The position numbers and the translations under genes were made by a program. Under the pieces are notes generated by a model that saw only the letters and a program-made list of their open reading frames with translations, ran no database searches and had not been told where the DNA came from. A stretch of 64,000 nt of DNA from Monocercomonoides exilis PA203 (lineage: Eukaryota; Protista; Preaxostyla), in NCBI GenBank assembly GCA_001643675.2, contig LSRY02000056.1:248001-312000 (forward strand), given 5' to 3'. Within the stretch, counting starts at the first letter, position 1. Every line of letters starts with the position of its first letter. Shown one piece after another: positions 1 to 12,097 of this stretch.

Positions 1-2
1 AG

Positions 3-986
3 GAAACCATCCATACACATGCTTTAAAAGACAAAAATGCGCAAAATACATCAAAGCTTTTGTCTAATTCACCATCACCGTCAAATGAGAATTCACAAAA
101 TTCAACTTCCATTCCCTCATTTTCGGCCTCATCATCTTCGACAAAGCCTCTTGTCTTTATCAAGCTTCACTGCTTTCCTCCATCTACATCAACGCCATTC
201 TGCACTCCTCTTGCTCCTCTTACAATTGAAGGCGATATACGCGAAAGTTCTACAACTCAGTCATATTTTATACCTGTCTTTATTTCGATAGCCTGCTTTC
301 TCGTTCTTGTGGTTATTGTTGTGAGGTGCGTGAGATGGCAGCTTGGAGTGCGGAGAGCTAAGAAGCGAGCGCTGAGGAGAAAGAAGCGTGAGCAAAGGCA
401 AAGAGAAGAGGAAAGGGAGCAGGAGAGATTGAATCTCGAATGGTTCAATGAGCGTGAAAGAGAAAGGCTGCTCAAAGCAATTGTTAGTAATTACAATGGA
501 GAAAGAAGAGAAGGACCAAGAGATGAATTCTCAGCACACAGTTTGAATGCTAACCCAGATGCAGATTCTGAAAATAACACTGAAGGACGCAACAGACAGG
601 GAATCAATCGCAATCAAAGCTTCATTTCTCGCATTGTGTCGTTTTTCCATTTGGACGAAGATGTGCTGAATGAAGATTCAACATCTGAAAGCTCTAATGA
701 AGACAGTGAATCTTCGCCTTCAGATAATTACAGCGTTCTTTCCAATGCTTCCTCTTCGTCGTCTTCTTCTGGTTTGTCCTCCTCCTCATCTTCTTCTTTA
801 GGCATTTTACCTACAACTCCGTCTTCTTCTTCAAAGAAAAAGCACCATTCAAGTTATCATCACAGAAAAAGAAAGGACATTCTTCAGTATCAGCCAATTG
901 ATGGTGCTGTTCTTCCTTCTGTAAATGAAAGTAATATTCCAGATGCTCCATTCCCTTCGCCATCCCCTGTTGGATTTGAAAAATGA
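3..986 (+). CDS. 3' part of a single-pass membrane protein of unknown function (5' end outside window)
   Basis: The frame is open from base 3 to TGA at 986. It has one hydrophobic helix (YFIPVFISIACFLVLVVIVV) followed by a basic stop-transfer segment and a Ser-rich tail. Confidence 0.7.
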   Translation, partial: ETIHTHALKDKNAQNTSKLLSNSPSPSNENSQNSTSIPSFSASSSSTKPLVFIKLHCFPPSTSTPFCTPLAPLTIEGDIRESSTTQSYFIPVFISIACFLVLVVIVVRCVRWQLGVRRAKKRALRRKKREQRQREEEREQERLNLEWFNERERERLLKAIVSNYNGERREGPRDEFSAHSLNANPDADSENNTEGRNRQGINRNQSFISRIVSFFHLDEDVLNEDSTSESSNEDSESSPSDNYSVLSNASSSSSSSGLSSSSSSSLGILPTTPSSSSKKKHHSSYHHRKRKDILQYQPIDGAVLPSVNESNIPDAPFPSPSPVGFEK

Positions 987-1860
987 TATTGCATTTTTTT
1001 GATATGTTTTTTTCGATATTTATTACATATTTTAACGAAGTATGTTGATTTCAATAATTTTATTAGTAATTCAAAATACACAGTTAGACAATTTTTTATT
1101 TTCACTATTTATGTTTTTTGCTGCTGTTCTGCCTTTAATCATTTTATGTATGATTGCTTTTTCTTTTTGTAGAATATTTATTTCTTTGATATTTTAAATA
1201 ACATGAGTTCTTTTAAACCTGAGTGCTTATAGAAAGAATTAGCTCAAACAAATAATAGCTTGAATATGATTCTCAAAAAAATTGTCCATTTCACCATCAA
1301 CAATTGAAACTTGGCCATTTATCTCAGAAAGAAAAAAACAATATATTCAACGGAGTTGATGAAAACAAAATCTTAATGCAGAATTATCAAAAAATTTCAA
1401 GTGATGTTTAAATAACATTTCAAAGATACTGTTAATCACAAAGAAACCAATAAAAATTCATGAAAGAATAAAATAAACACTAAATCAACAAAATAAGTAC
1501 TTGATTTATAACTTACTCAGAAAAAAAAAAATTTCAAAAGTTAACAGGAAGGCCTTGCTATGAAATGAAGAGTGCAATATTTCAAGAAAAAGAAAGAAGA
1601 GTATCATTAGTGGGAGTAGTTAAGAAGAGCAACACAGTAATAAAACGAATTAAAAAAAAGAAAATTTGGATTAAAATCTACACAAATTTCAAAAAGAAAT
1701 AAATAATTATTTGTGCATTATTCAATATGTCCACTGTCGAAGACTCAAATACACAATAAAATATAAAAGAAAAGAAAATGACTCTTTAGAAGCAAGCGTA
1801 ACTTATGCAATCTGTTTCTCTCTTCTCGAATAAATACTTTAATTTACTCCTCTTTCGTTC

Positions 1861-2939
1861 TCATTCAAGAATAGCTGCAGTTGTGTCTTTTGTTATTTGG
1901 TCATACATTCCACAAACTTCGTCATATCCTTCCCGAAACAGCTTATCACACTCCGCGTAAAAATCTTCCCAATTCTTAAATTTCGTTGGATCGACAATCT
2001 CTTTGCAATTCAAAACACATACTCCTCTTAATCTCTTGTTATCATTGCACCCAACTCCTTCAATAATATTATTTGGAAGTGCTTCGGGATCAATGTTGAC
2101 GTCTGCCGAATGAATAAACATTTTTTTCTCTCGCACAATATTTTGGCTTCCTTCACATGGAAGGATCATAACAGGAATTTTTTGTTGGTAAGCAATTCTA
2201 AATGTTCCAGTTCTAAAAAATTTATTGACAATAAATAAATAAATTTAAAAATAATTACAAAATTAAAAAAATATTACCTAATTCGCTGTATAACCCTTTC
2301 AGCTTTTCTGTGACCCTCGGGGAAAATAAGAAGTCGTGGATTTCTGATCATATTTTTGAATATAGCGCAAATGAATAAAACATATCATCATACATTGAAT
2401 CGACGCAGTTTTTATATCTTTCACCAGTTTTCTGCATTTTTTGATTAAGTTCTTCAATATTTTGATTTTTTGATGGCGAACTCTAATTTAACAGATTTGA
2501 AAACTTTTCAAAAATAATTAAAAATTACAAACTCTTCTAAAAAAAAGTAAGTTTCCACCAAGATATGCGGAAAGAGCACCAAGAGGCATTACCAAAGCTA
2601 CAGCAAGCCTAAAAATTTGTTTAATACAAACAAAAAGCAAAAATGAGCAAACCTGCAAATACAAGAAGGAAATGCCATTGCACTTTGTATGAAAAAATCT
2701 GCCCATCCCTTATGAGAGGCAACAATTATTCCATTGAAATTATCAATTGTTTGTCTTTCCTTTCCCATGCGATAGGTTTTTATTCTCATGAGTTTTAGAA
2801 TTTCCACAGATCCGCAATCATATATATCTCTTGGATCCAAAAACGGAAGCAATAGTCCCCATTTAGTAGTTAAAACAGTTACATAATACAATAAATGCAA
2901 AAGGTTCTTTATTTTAATAAAAAAACTAATAATTGACAT
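1861..2939 (-). CDS. Lysophospholipid/1-acylglycerol-3-phosphate acyltransferase (PlsC family), about 5 exons
   Basis: Spliced translation gives the HxxxxD motif (SHKGWAD), LLFFRR, LLIFPEGHR (about 2300-2340) and RTGTFRIA...IPVMILP. These are the acyltransferase motif blocks, separated by short GT-AG introns. Confidence 0.85.
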
Positions 2940-3746
2940 TTGTGTTTTTATGGGATAATTTTTGGAAGAAAACACGTGAACTTTTTTTATCTGTCAGATA
3001 ATATTTCTTTTTTTTTGTAATATTCGTTCACAACAATTCCGATAACAATTATCACTTATTTAATGAAAAAATACACTTTTCTATTTTCTTTTATTGTTTT
3101 TGGGAAATTTCATAAAAACTCTTTCTTTTTTGGAATAAGAACAAAAATATTTCTCTTGTTTCAATGTTCAATGCTCCATTTGGGATATGTGAGTTGACCA
3201 GGTTTTTTTTTAAAGTTTTAAAACAAGTTATTAAAATGAAAACATTTCAATTTTTAAAAGTATTAATTTTTTTTTTTAAAACGAAAGTCAATTTCAAGAA
3301 AAATAAACCGAAGACTGACCCAAAAAAATCAGCTGACATTCAAACAAGAACACTCATTGAAATAATGAAATAGCGCAATACTAATTTGAAATAATAATAA
3401 CAATAACAAAAAGAAATAATAATAAAAAAAACTTCGGATGACAAACTATCTTTCAGAAACAAAAAGAAACATCTATACAAATCCAACCACTTATTGAAAT
3501 GAACGCCAAAAGTGCAATAACAATAATAATGCAAAAAGAAAAGAAAAAGAAAAAAAAAATTCCAACTAAAAAGATTGGCTACAGAACATTTGTATTTTAT
3601 AATGCACAACAATCAATATCACAAACTATTCAATTTAAAAAATGCAGATAAAAATAAAAAAAAAAACAAAAACAAAAACAAAAACAAAAAAGCAACAAAA
3701 GAATATTAACATATCCAAATCAAGAACAACTTCCCATATCACCAGC

Positions 3747-6700
3747 TCAGTCCTCCTCTGACAAGATGATGATGTCCTCCTCTGCAGGCTCAATGATCTC
3801 ATCTCCACTTTCACACATGTCATCCGCCTGGACAACAGAAATGATCGGCTCCTTCAGCTCGCGCAGAAACATCACCAGTGACTTCAGATCAGTCTGCGAC
3901 AGGATCAGAAAGCAGAACAGCATCGACGGATCGACCTCAGAAATAGGCATCTTCAGGATCCGCTGCGGAGTGAAGGAGGAGAAGATGGAAGGAGGAAGAC
4001 CACACAGACGTGGAGGAGGAGGTGGAGATTCAGCAACAGGATGTGTGTTTGTATTGGATGAATGCTGTGAAGTTGGCAACGTTGTTGAAGGAAATGGAGT
4101 TTGTGTGGATGTTGAGGCTGTAGTAGCTGTTAATGTATTTGATGGAGAGGCTGATAGAGATGATGATGATGATGTTGTTGTTGCATCTGGTGCAGCAGGA
4201 GACGAAGGGCAAAGTGGGTTCGATGTATTCAACGACGGCATCACAGTCTGATTCACCAAAGAAGCATTGTTCAATTGCATTGTCTGAAAAGTGTTCGAAA
4301 CAGAGAAGTTCTGAGGAGTTTGCTTAGCTCCACAAATCGTTGGATTCTGAACAGCTGGCAGAGAAGCAGCATAAAAAGGCGGAGGTGGAGAAGGAGCATA
4401 GCAGCTGGACTGGCTGAGAAGAGGCAGTGTCTGTGTGTTCGTTTGATGCTGAGCTTGCAATGGAACACAATTTGGCTGCTGTGCGAGAGAATGATAAGGA
4501 AGTGGAGGCTGTACAGGCACAGGAGGAGAATAAAAGGACTTCTTCTTTGTTGAATGAGAATTCGCACTCAACCAATCAGAAGTTGTACTTTCGCCTCCTC
4601 CTCCTCCTCCCCCGCTGCTTCCACTGCTGCTGCTGCTGCTGTTCAGAAGAGAAGAAGGAGCAATCTCCATTTTCAGGTCAAGTTCAATCAGAAGACGAGC
4701 TTTTCGCATCTCCTGCTGTTGCTGCTTCTCCTTTTCAGTCAGCTCACGGAAGGGCTTTTTGACTGAGGAAGAAGAGAAAGGAGTAGAAGAGGAAGGAATA
4801 GAAAAAGAACCAGAATTTTGATTAACAAAAGAAGAAGAAGGGGAGAATGAGGAAGAGGAAGAAACAGAAGAAGACAATAAAGATGCAGAAAGCGGTGCTC
4901 CATCACCTGCACCCTCTCCTCTTCCATCGCTCATCTTCTGTGCCTCGCTCATCCACTCCCTCATCACCCTCTCCTTCGTCACAGCCTGCTGAGTGGTGTG
5001 TGGATCGAGGTAGAACAAGTCATAGCCACGATGCCCAACAAACCAAAGAGAACAGCGCGGCTTGCCTCCAACTATTCCAACGGATGAAGGATGGGATATG
5101 CACAACTGAATGAAATGAAGGATGCGAATAACAATTGTGTTGTAAAATAAATAAATAAAAATTTTTGATAAAAACTTATATAGAAAATACTTGTGAAAAT
5201 ATACAAGATGAAAAATATTTTCAAATACTTCATCAAACAAGACAACGATCTTTTACTTGAAAAAAACAATCAATTTTTATATTTCTTTTCTTTAAACAAC
5301 AAATGCTTCAATGGACCGAGGAAAAATGATAGCCATACCTTGATAGTGTCATAATATTCGATGTTGACTGTAGTTAATCCCAGTCTGACTGGAAGCAGCA
5401 GCAGAAGAGGAGGGAAAGGAGACAAATAAAATGGCGAAGTGAAAAGATCAGAGGAACTGGATAAATACGGAATCTCATGAAATAAAGATGGCTTTTCCAA
5501 CTTCTTTCTGTTGGATGAACTTAAACGAGAATTTAATGAAGAAGAAGGAGGAGGAGAAGACGAAGATGAAGATGAAGAAGATGGAGAAGAAGAGGAAAAA
5601 GATGATGCACATGTTGAAAGTGGATTAAAAGAAGATGAAGAAGTCGAAGAAGATGACAATGATGGTACTGCTGATTGTGTTGAAGATGGCTGAGCTGATG
5701 AATTCAAAGAAGGCGAAGAAGAACAAACTGATTCTTTTGCTTTGGCAGCTGAAGAAGACTGTGAACAATTTGAGTGTTCTGAATTGAATGGCAATTGTGC
5801 TAATTGTGGAGTATACCTGTCAAAAGAGTCAGAGAGAGGAGAAGGAGGAAAAGGAGGAGGATGCTGGTGAAGTGAATGATGTGTCTTTTTCTTTGAAGTT
5901 CGAGCAAAGATAGGAATGTTCAAACGATCCATTGCACTTTTCTGAGAAGCTGTGTTTGGAAAGCGCACAGAAGCAGAAGCAGCAGCAGCAGAAGAAGAGG
6001 AAGATGAAGAAGAACAAGCCGACTGAATCGCAGAAAGCGAACAAGAGCTCCACGCAAACGGGTTATTCTGCTGTGCCTTCTGCTTGAATGATGCTATGCT
6101 GTGCTGCAGAGAGGCAAAAGGAGAGATTGAGAGGTCAGAAGGAGAAGAAGTCAATGACTCGAAAGTGGCATTGCAGCAGCATGTTTCAGAGACCGAAGAC
6201 AGTCGCCGCCGGCGCGGGAGAAACAGCTGCGGAGAATAAGACGAAGGAGAAGGAAGGAATGAGGAGCGGCTGAACATCCACTGCGGGCATGGCAGAGTGA
6301 ACATTGGGAGTGAGGAAGAGGAAGAAGAAGAAGAAGATGAGGAGGAAGAAGAAGATGAAGAAGAAGAGGAAGAAGGAGAAGGTGAAAATGTGCTGTACGT
6401 TCTTCTGAACTTCTGAAAGGATGCCTGTGCATCTTCCCAGTCACCATCAAACAGATCGTTCCCGCTTTGTACAGAAGGCGAGTGAGACAGCGGAGAAGGC
6501 GGAGGAGTTGATGAAGGAGACTCAGAAGAAAAAGAAGGCGACCGATCAGATGAGTCAGAATCCAAAGAACTTTTAGAGTGCGAATGCGTAAGCGAAAGTT
6601 TCGGAGAATTGTTTTGATTTGAATAAGAACTCACATTTTGCTTGTTGCTATCGCGTTTCATCATCCTTTGAATCCTCTTTCTGACTAGTTGGTGCTTCAG

Positions 6701-7993
6701 TGAGTTTCGTTTATTCAGCTCTCCTTGCACATCCTCCTGCGACACGTCGTTCACATCGCAGTATTCGTTCTCCCATTCGCCTTCATTCAGCTGCTCCTCA
6801 ACTTCTTCTCTGCTGCCTTCAGCTCCTTTCACTTCAGTTTCATGCTTATCATCCTGAAATTCAGTTACTTTTGATAGAGCATCTTTGCTTTCTATTCCAC
6901 AATCCTCAGTGTGAAGAGGGCTGCTGAAGATAGACAGAGACCTTGCAACAGACGGCGGAGGACTCGGCGGTGGCTCTTTGCGAACAGACGGCAAAGAGGG
7001 AGGAGCTAAAGGTGGGAAACAGGCATACACTTGTGCAGACGAGCCATCATCTGAACAAGCAGATAGTCGTCTTTTTGCAAGCTGTTGCTCAAATACGAAA
7101 GGATCAATAAGATTGCCTCGCACAGCAGCATCCTCTGATGATTGTGAAAATGGTGATGAAGATGGCTCCGAAAGAGCAGAAGAGGATGACATAATCGAAG
7201 CACTTCCAAATGACGTAAAGGGGCACGACTTCATTAAATGTTTCGCAATATGAAACGGCGTTGGAGAAAAAGGATACTTAAAATCGGAAATTAGTGAAAG
7301 AAGCATGTATTGCTTCACTTTCTCTCGAAAATGTTTGTCCATTGTTGAGCTCGATAAATCAAATTTGCTCACAATTAATTCTAATGATTTGTCCAATGGT
7401 CTTTCCACAGGGCATTTTGAGAGTCTTGCCCTTCTCATAGCTCTTCGGAAATGCGAGACTTCGAAAAGGGTTCTGAAAACATCTGAAATAACAATTGTGT
7501 TGTTCATGCAAGGGACAACAATTGGTAATTGAGAATTGTCAATGCCATTCATAAGACTTGCATACACATTTGCAACATCAGAGGGCGCAAACCATTTGCC
7601 TATTTTTTTGTCATATCTCTCTCCTCTCATAGCGATGTTATGTATTGAAAAAAGAGCATCATCTTCATCGAAGAACTGAGATATAATATCTTGCGTGATG
7701 AGATACTCTTCATTGGGATTCAAATTCTGATTTTGGAATCTTGCTATTCTTTTCATTGATTCAGCAAACATCATTTGAGAAGTTCTATGAACGCATCCCC
7801 AACCTTTATCAGAAGTGAAATTTGTTGTGCCAATTGGTTTAAAATTTTTCCGATACGTGAACCAAGTAAGCGCCTTAAAGTCTCTATCAAACTGTTCAAG
7901 GATTTGCATAGAATCACTCAATGATTGGCCACATAGACGTGGTTCTGGAATGGGAAAGCAGTGTCCAAAAAGCCAAAGTGGTTCTTGGGACAT
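3747..7993 (-). CDS. ATG4: Cysteine protease Atg4 (peptidase C54), about 1,337 aa with large Ser-rich insertions; intron 5338-5106
   Basis: Motifs present: WFTYRKNF, TSDKGWGCVHRTSQM (catalytic Cys), FSIHNIA...GKWFAPS, LLLPVRLG, VGIVGGKPRCSLWFVG, FYLDPHTTQ (Asp/His) and DPSMLFCF. One GT-AG intron joins the two ORFs in frame. Confidence 0.93.
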
Positions 7994-8459
7994 TCAACGT
8001 AAAATAAATGAACCAAACAAATAAACTGAAAATTGAGCAATTTCTATTTAATGAAATGCTTTAGTTTGAAAAAGAAAAACGAATAATGAATAAAACTGAT
8101 CTAACCTTAACATAAATTTTTATATATCGCAAAAATAATTACGAAAAAACGAACTTGACATTTGAAGTGAAATGCAAAAAAACAACAAACTATCAGCAGT
8201 AAATAAAAAAATACTAGTAAACAGCAATAAAGATAAGGGACAAAATTCTTGCATTTATGAAAAAGATAACGATTTGTTCCAATCTTTAACTGCAATTACA
8301 TTAAATTAAATCTCACATTCGCTTGCAAAAAAAATAAAGAAAAGTTGATAAATTGAGAAATATATAAGAAAATTTTGTGAGGAACAAAATTCATAAAACC
8401 AAAAATTTCGTCCCACATATGTAAATATATAAATACATAAATATTTAAACTTATATTTT

Positions 8460-11400
8460 TCAAAATTTCAAAGCATATCCAATTCCAAATGAAATAGAAT
8501 TGACAATAACGAAAGCAATAACAGAAACAATAGTACCAAATTTTAAGAAATCAGAAGATTTTAAATAAGGAATACGGTGATTATCTTCAATTGCAGAAGT
8601 GCACATATTTGGAAACGATGCAATTGAAAGAATCATTGGGCCAGAAATAATGAGAGAACAACTCATAACCTAATTCATATTCATACGAAGACAAACAAAA
8701 TAAGGAAATAAAAAATAAACAAAAAAAAAATCACCAATTAAATAAAATTAGAGAAATTATTAAAATTCAATATTCAAAAATAAAAAAAAAAATCACATAT
8801 ATATTTTCATTCATAAATATACATACTATAAGTTCGACATGCCCACCAGACACCATCATGATCTGTGCAATGATGGGCAGAAACACAATCGCCGACACCG
8901 TGTGCGACACAATAATCGCGACCACTTCCACCACCAGTGTCAGCACGATGCTCTTCACCCACAGCGCCCATGTGGAGAAGGCACCTGAGAACCAACCCGC
9001 AATCATCTCCAGCAGATGCGACTGTTTGATCACCTCGCCCAGCGCTGACCCGCCCATCACAAGGAGAATCATATTCCACGGCAGCTCCCTCAGATCTGAG
9101 CGCTTGCACAAGTTGAACCCAAAAAACACCACAAAAGGGATCAGCGCAATCACTGCCTCGTTGCCCAGCTGCCTCACGTCAGGCAGAATGAACCAGCAGA
9201 TGATCGTCCCCACAGACACAAACGCCACCACAAACTGCCGCCAGTTCAGGAACCGCAGCTTGACTGGCGTGTACGGCACCTCTTTGATGTCCAGGCGGTG
9301 CATAAAGATCAGAACAACATATCCAATTGCACATATCACCAGCGCTGCCGGCACTGCCACCAGCACCCACGTGCCGAAGCTCACCCGCGTGTTCGGCACA
9401 ACCATCTCCACCTGCTCAAAGCCAATCATCGACTGCGGAGACGCCAGCGGTGAGGTCATCCCAGCAATGTTGCCACACATTGCGATGCCCAACAGAAGAG
9501 CCTTGCTGAAGCCGCCACGCGCAGGCACTTCTCTCAGGACAGGCAGAATGATCGACATCACCAGCACTGTTGAGGAGATGTTGGAGATCACAATGGTTAA
9601 CAGAAACTCAATCAGAAACACAAGCACCATAAATACGTAAGGGTTGCGTGTCACTTTGAATGACAGGATGAACGATGCCAGCTTCACATCTAGTGCTGTG
9701 TGCTTCATCGCCAGCGCAATTGTGAAGCCACCAATTGCCAGCCACGGCGTGTTCGACATTGTCGACTTGATGATATTCTTTGCATCTTCCGTCGGATCTT
9801 CTCCATTTCCAGTGATTGCCATGAATGTGCCAAAGATCGGGATAGACAGCGCTGTGCAGTATGACGGGATCGCTTCAAACACCCACTGGCACGCTGCATA
9901 CAGCAGCAGCCCCAGGCAGCGCATCTCCTGATAGATTGCCTCGCTCCACGGAACCACCCAGAACACGATCAGAATCACCAGCGAAATAACCACCGGAATC
10001 CACTTCACTGGGAAATGGTCAGCATTCATCTCTTCCTTCTGCGCCCGCTTCTTCGCCTCGTTGTCTTCCAAGTCGTCTCCTGTTCTGATCGCCCTGTCTT
10101 GTCTCATCTCGTCCCCTGCCATCAGCGCCCCTCTTCTCACCGGCCCGCTTTCTGCTGCCCCAACGCCTTGCAGCATCCCTGGCAGCTGAGCACGCTGCTG
10201 GTGCGTCACATACTCCCCCAGAATCGTGTTCTTCTTCCACGCAATTTGTGCCTCTGTAGACATCTTAATCTCATTCAGCAGCTCCATCTGCAGCCTCTCT
10301 CTTTCATTCGGCTTCATCTTTTCAATCTCAAGCCGCTTCTCTTCCACCCCGCCACCCGCAAACCTTCCATGTGAGAAGGTGGAAATGTACAGCTCTTCTA
10401 TTCGAGTGACTGTTGCTAACATGTCTGGCAGCCCTTTCATCACATGCGCAGTGGCATCTTCCATCTTCTGCTTCTCACTCCCCACTCTTGACTGGATGTT
10501 ACCCTCTGAATCGTCCACAGACACAACTTTAGCGAATTTTTTCAGAATCTTCCGAAATCCTTCGCTGTTCACATGAATAAAGTGCATCAACTCTGTCACC
10601 TCAACCGACAAATCCAAAAAATCTCGCTTCAGTTCGACTGCTGCGCCTTGTGTCACCAGCAGCGCATCTGTCTTCCGTTCGATCTTTGTGATGGAGTTGT
10701 ACACAGACGTGTACTCTTCCTTCACAAAACTCACCACTTTCGTTAATTCCACTTCGTACAACGCTGCCCATTCTTCCACAAGCTTGTTGAGTGGTTTCAC
10801 TTTGGCAGATGTGCCTGGCATAGCAATCATCATTATTTGAGGGGATAAGGATGATGCTGACATGGACAATGGGGAAGAAGATAGCGATGATTGCATTGAC
10901 GAGGATGACGGAGACAAAGGCACAGCTGTTGGACTTTTGTTGGATAAAAGATTTGGACTCGAAGCAGTTTGAGCTGAAATGGAAAATGCTTTTGTCGAAG
11001 TAATTTGTGTGACTTGCGGAGACTCTGGAGGATCACCTGAAATTGAATCGGTAGAAGAGGATGACGATGACGACGAAGAAGAAGCGCTTTCATTTTCAAT
11101 TGGCAGCTGATCTGAAGATGATGATGAAGCCTCTGGAGATTCCGTTGAGCACAAAGGAGGAAAAGATTGCATTGTTTCCATCTCATCTTTCTTTGAAAGA
11201 TCTTGAAATTTTGTAGGGGGAATTGCATCTGGAACTTCTTTCGATGAATTGTCATCAGAATCTTCAGAAGTTACAATAATTGGCTGAAGAATTGAGATTT
11301 CTGGAGAAGGTTTACTTTCATTAAGTGATTGCATCTGAAGACTATCATTATCTGCTGAATTCGAAGAAGACGAACTTCCTTCAATCGCTGGTGCAGCTTG

Positions 11401-11711
11401 AAAATCAAGAATTGATTGATTATTTGGAAATAATTTCTTTGAATCTGCATTTGCAAATTTCGAGTTACTCTTAATTCGTGGAAGCGTAATTGGAGAAACT
11501 TCACTTTCTCCCTGGTCTTTGGGTGGTATCAAGCGAGGATTCAAATATGGACCAAATATATGTTTCATAGACTTTTTTAATCCACGATACTGCATCAAAA
11601 ACAAGAAACAAAAAATAATAGAATATCTTGAAAACTAAAAGCTTGAACATTTATATAATATTGCCTCCATTTAGGGACTTGAATAAATGACAACTGTCTG
11701 CTAAACTTCAT
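8460..11711 (-). CDS. SPX-domain SLC13/CitMHS-type phosphate transporter (Pho87/Pho90/Pho91-like); introns 11648-11590 and 8826-8670
   Basis: The spliced N-terminus MKFSRQL...W..YYIN|YRGLKK and NSEGFRKILKK form an SPX domain. The multi-TM C-terminal half has WVFEAIP, ISNISS, GNIAGMTSPLASPQ, LPWNMILLVMGGSALG and SFPN. Confidence 0.92.
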
Positions 11712-12097
11712 GGCAGCTAAATTCAGAAAATAAAATTATTGAAAATTAAAAAGAATTAAATCCAATAAAGATTAAATGACTAATTGAACAAAAAGAAGAT
11801 GATCAAACTTTATCGTTTATTTAAGAAATAAGTCGGATATTGCTTTGGGGAAATCGTCAAGTTGGTTGCCCCTTTCCAATAAATAGTTATGATTATTAGA
11901 ATTATGGATAAATGATCCAATTAAAATTGAATTTTAATCAGAAATAAAATCGGAAATGAACAGGAGCAAATTTGAAAATAAAAATAAATATTCATAATGA
12001 AAATAAATAAAAGTGAGATGCTGAAATGTTTTGATTCTAAGATTTCATCATTTCATGTAACAGATAAAAGGCTTTGAAGCAATTATGTTCAATAATT

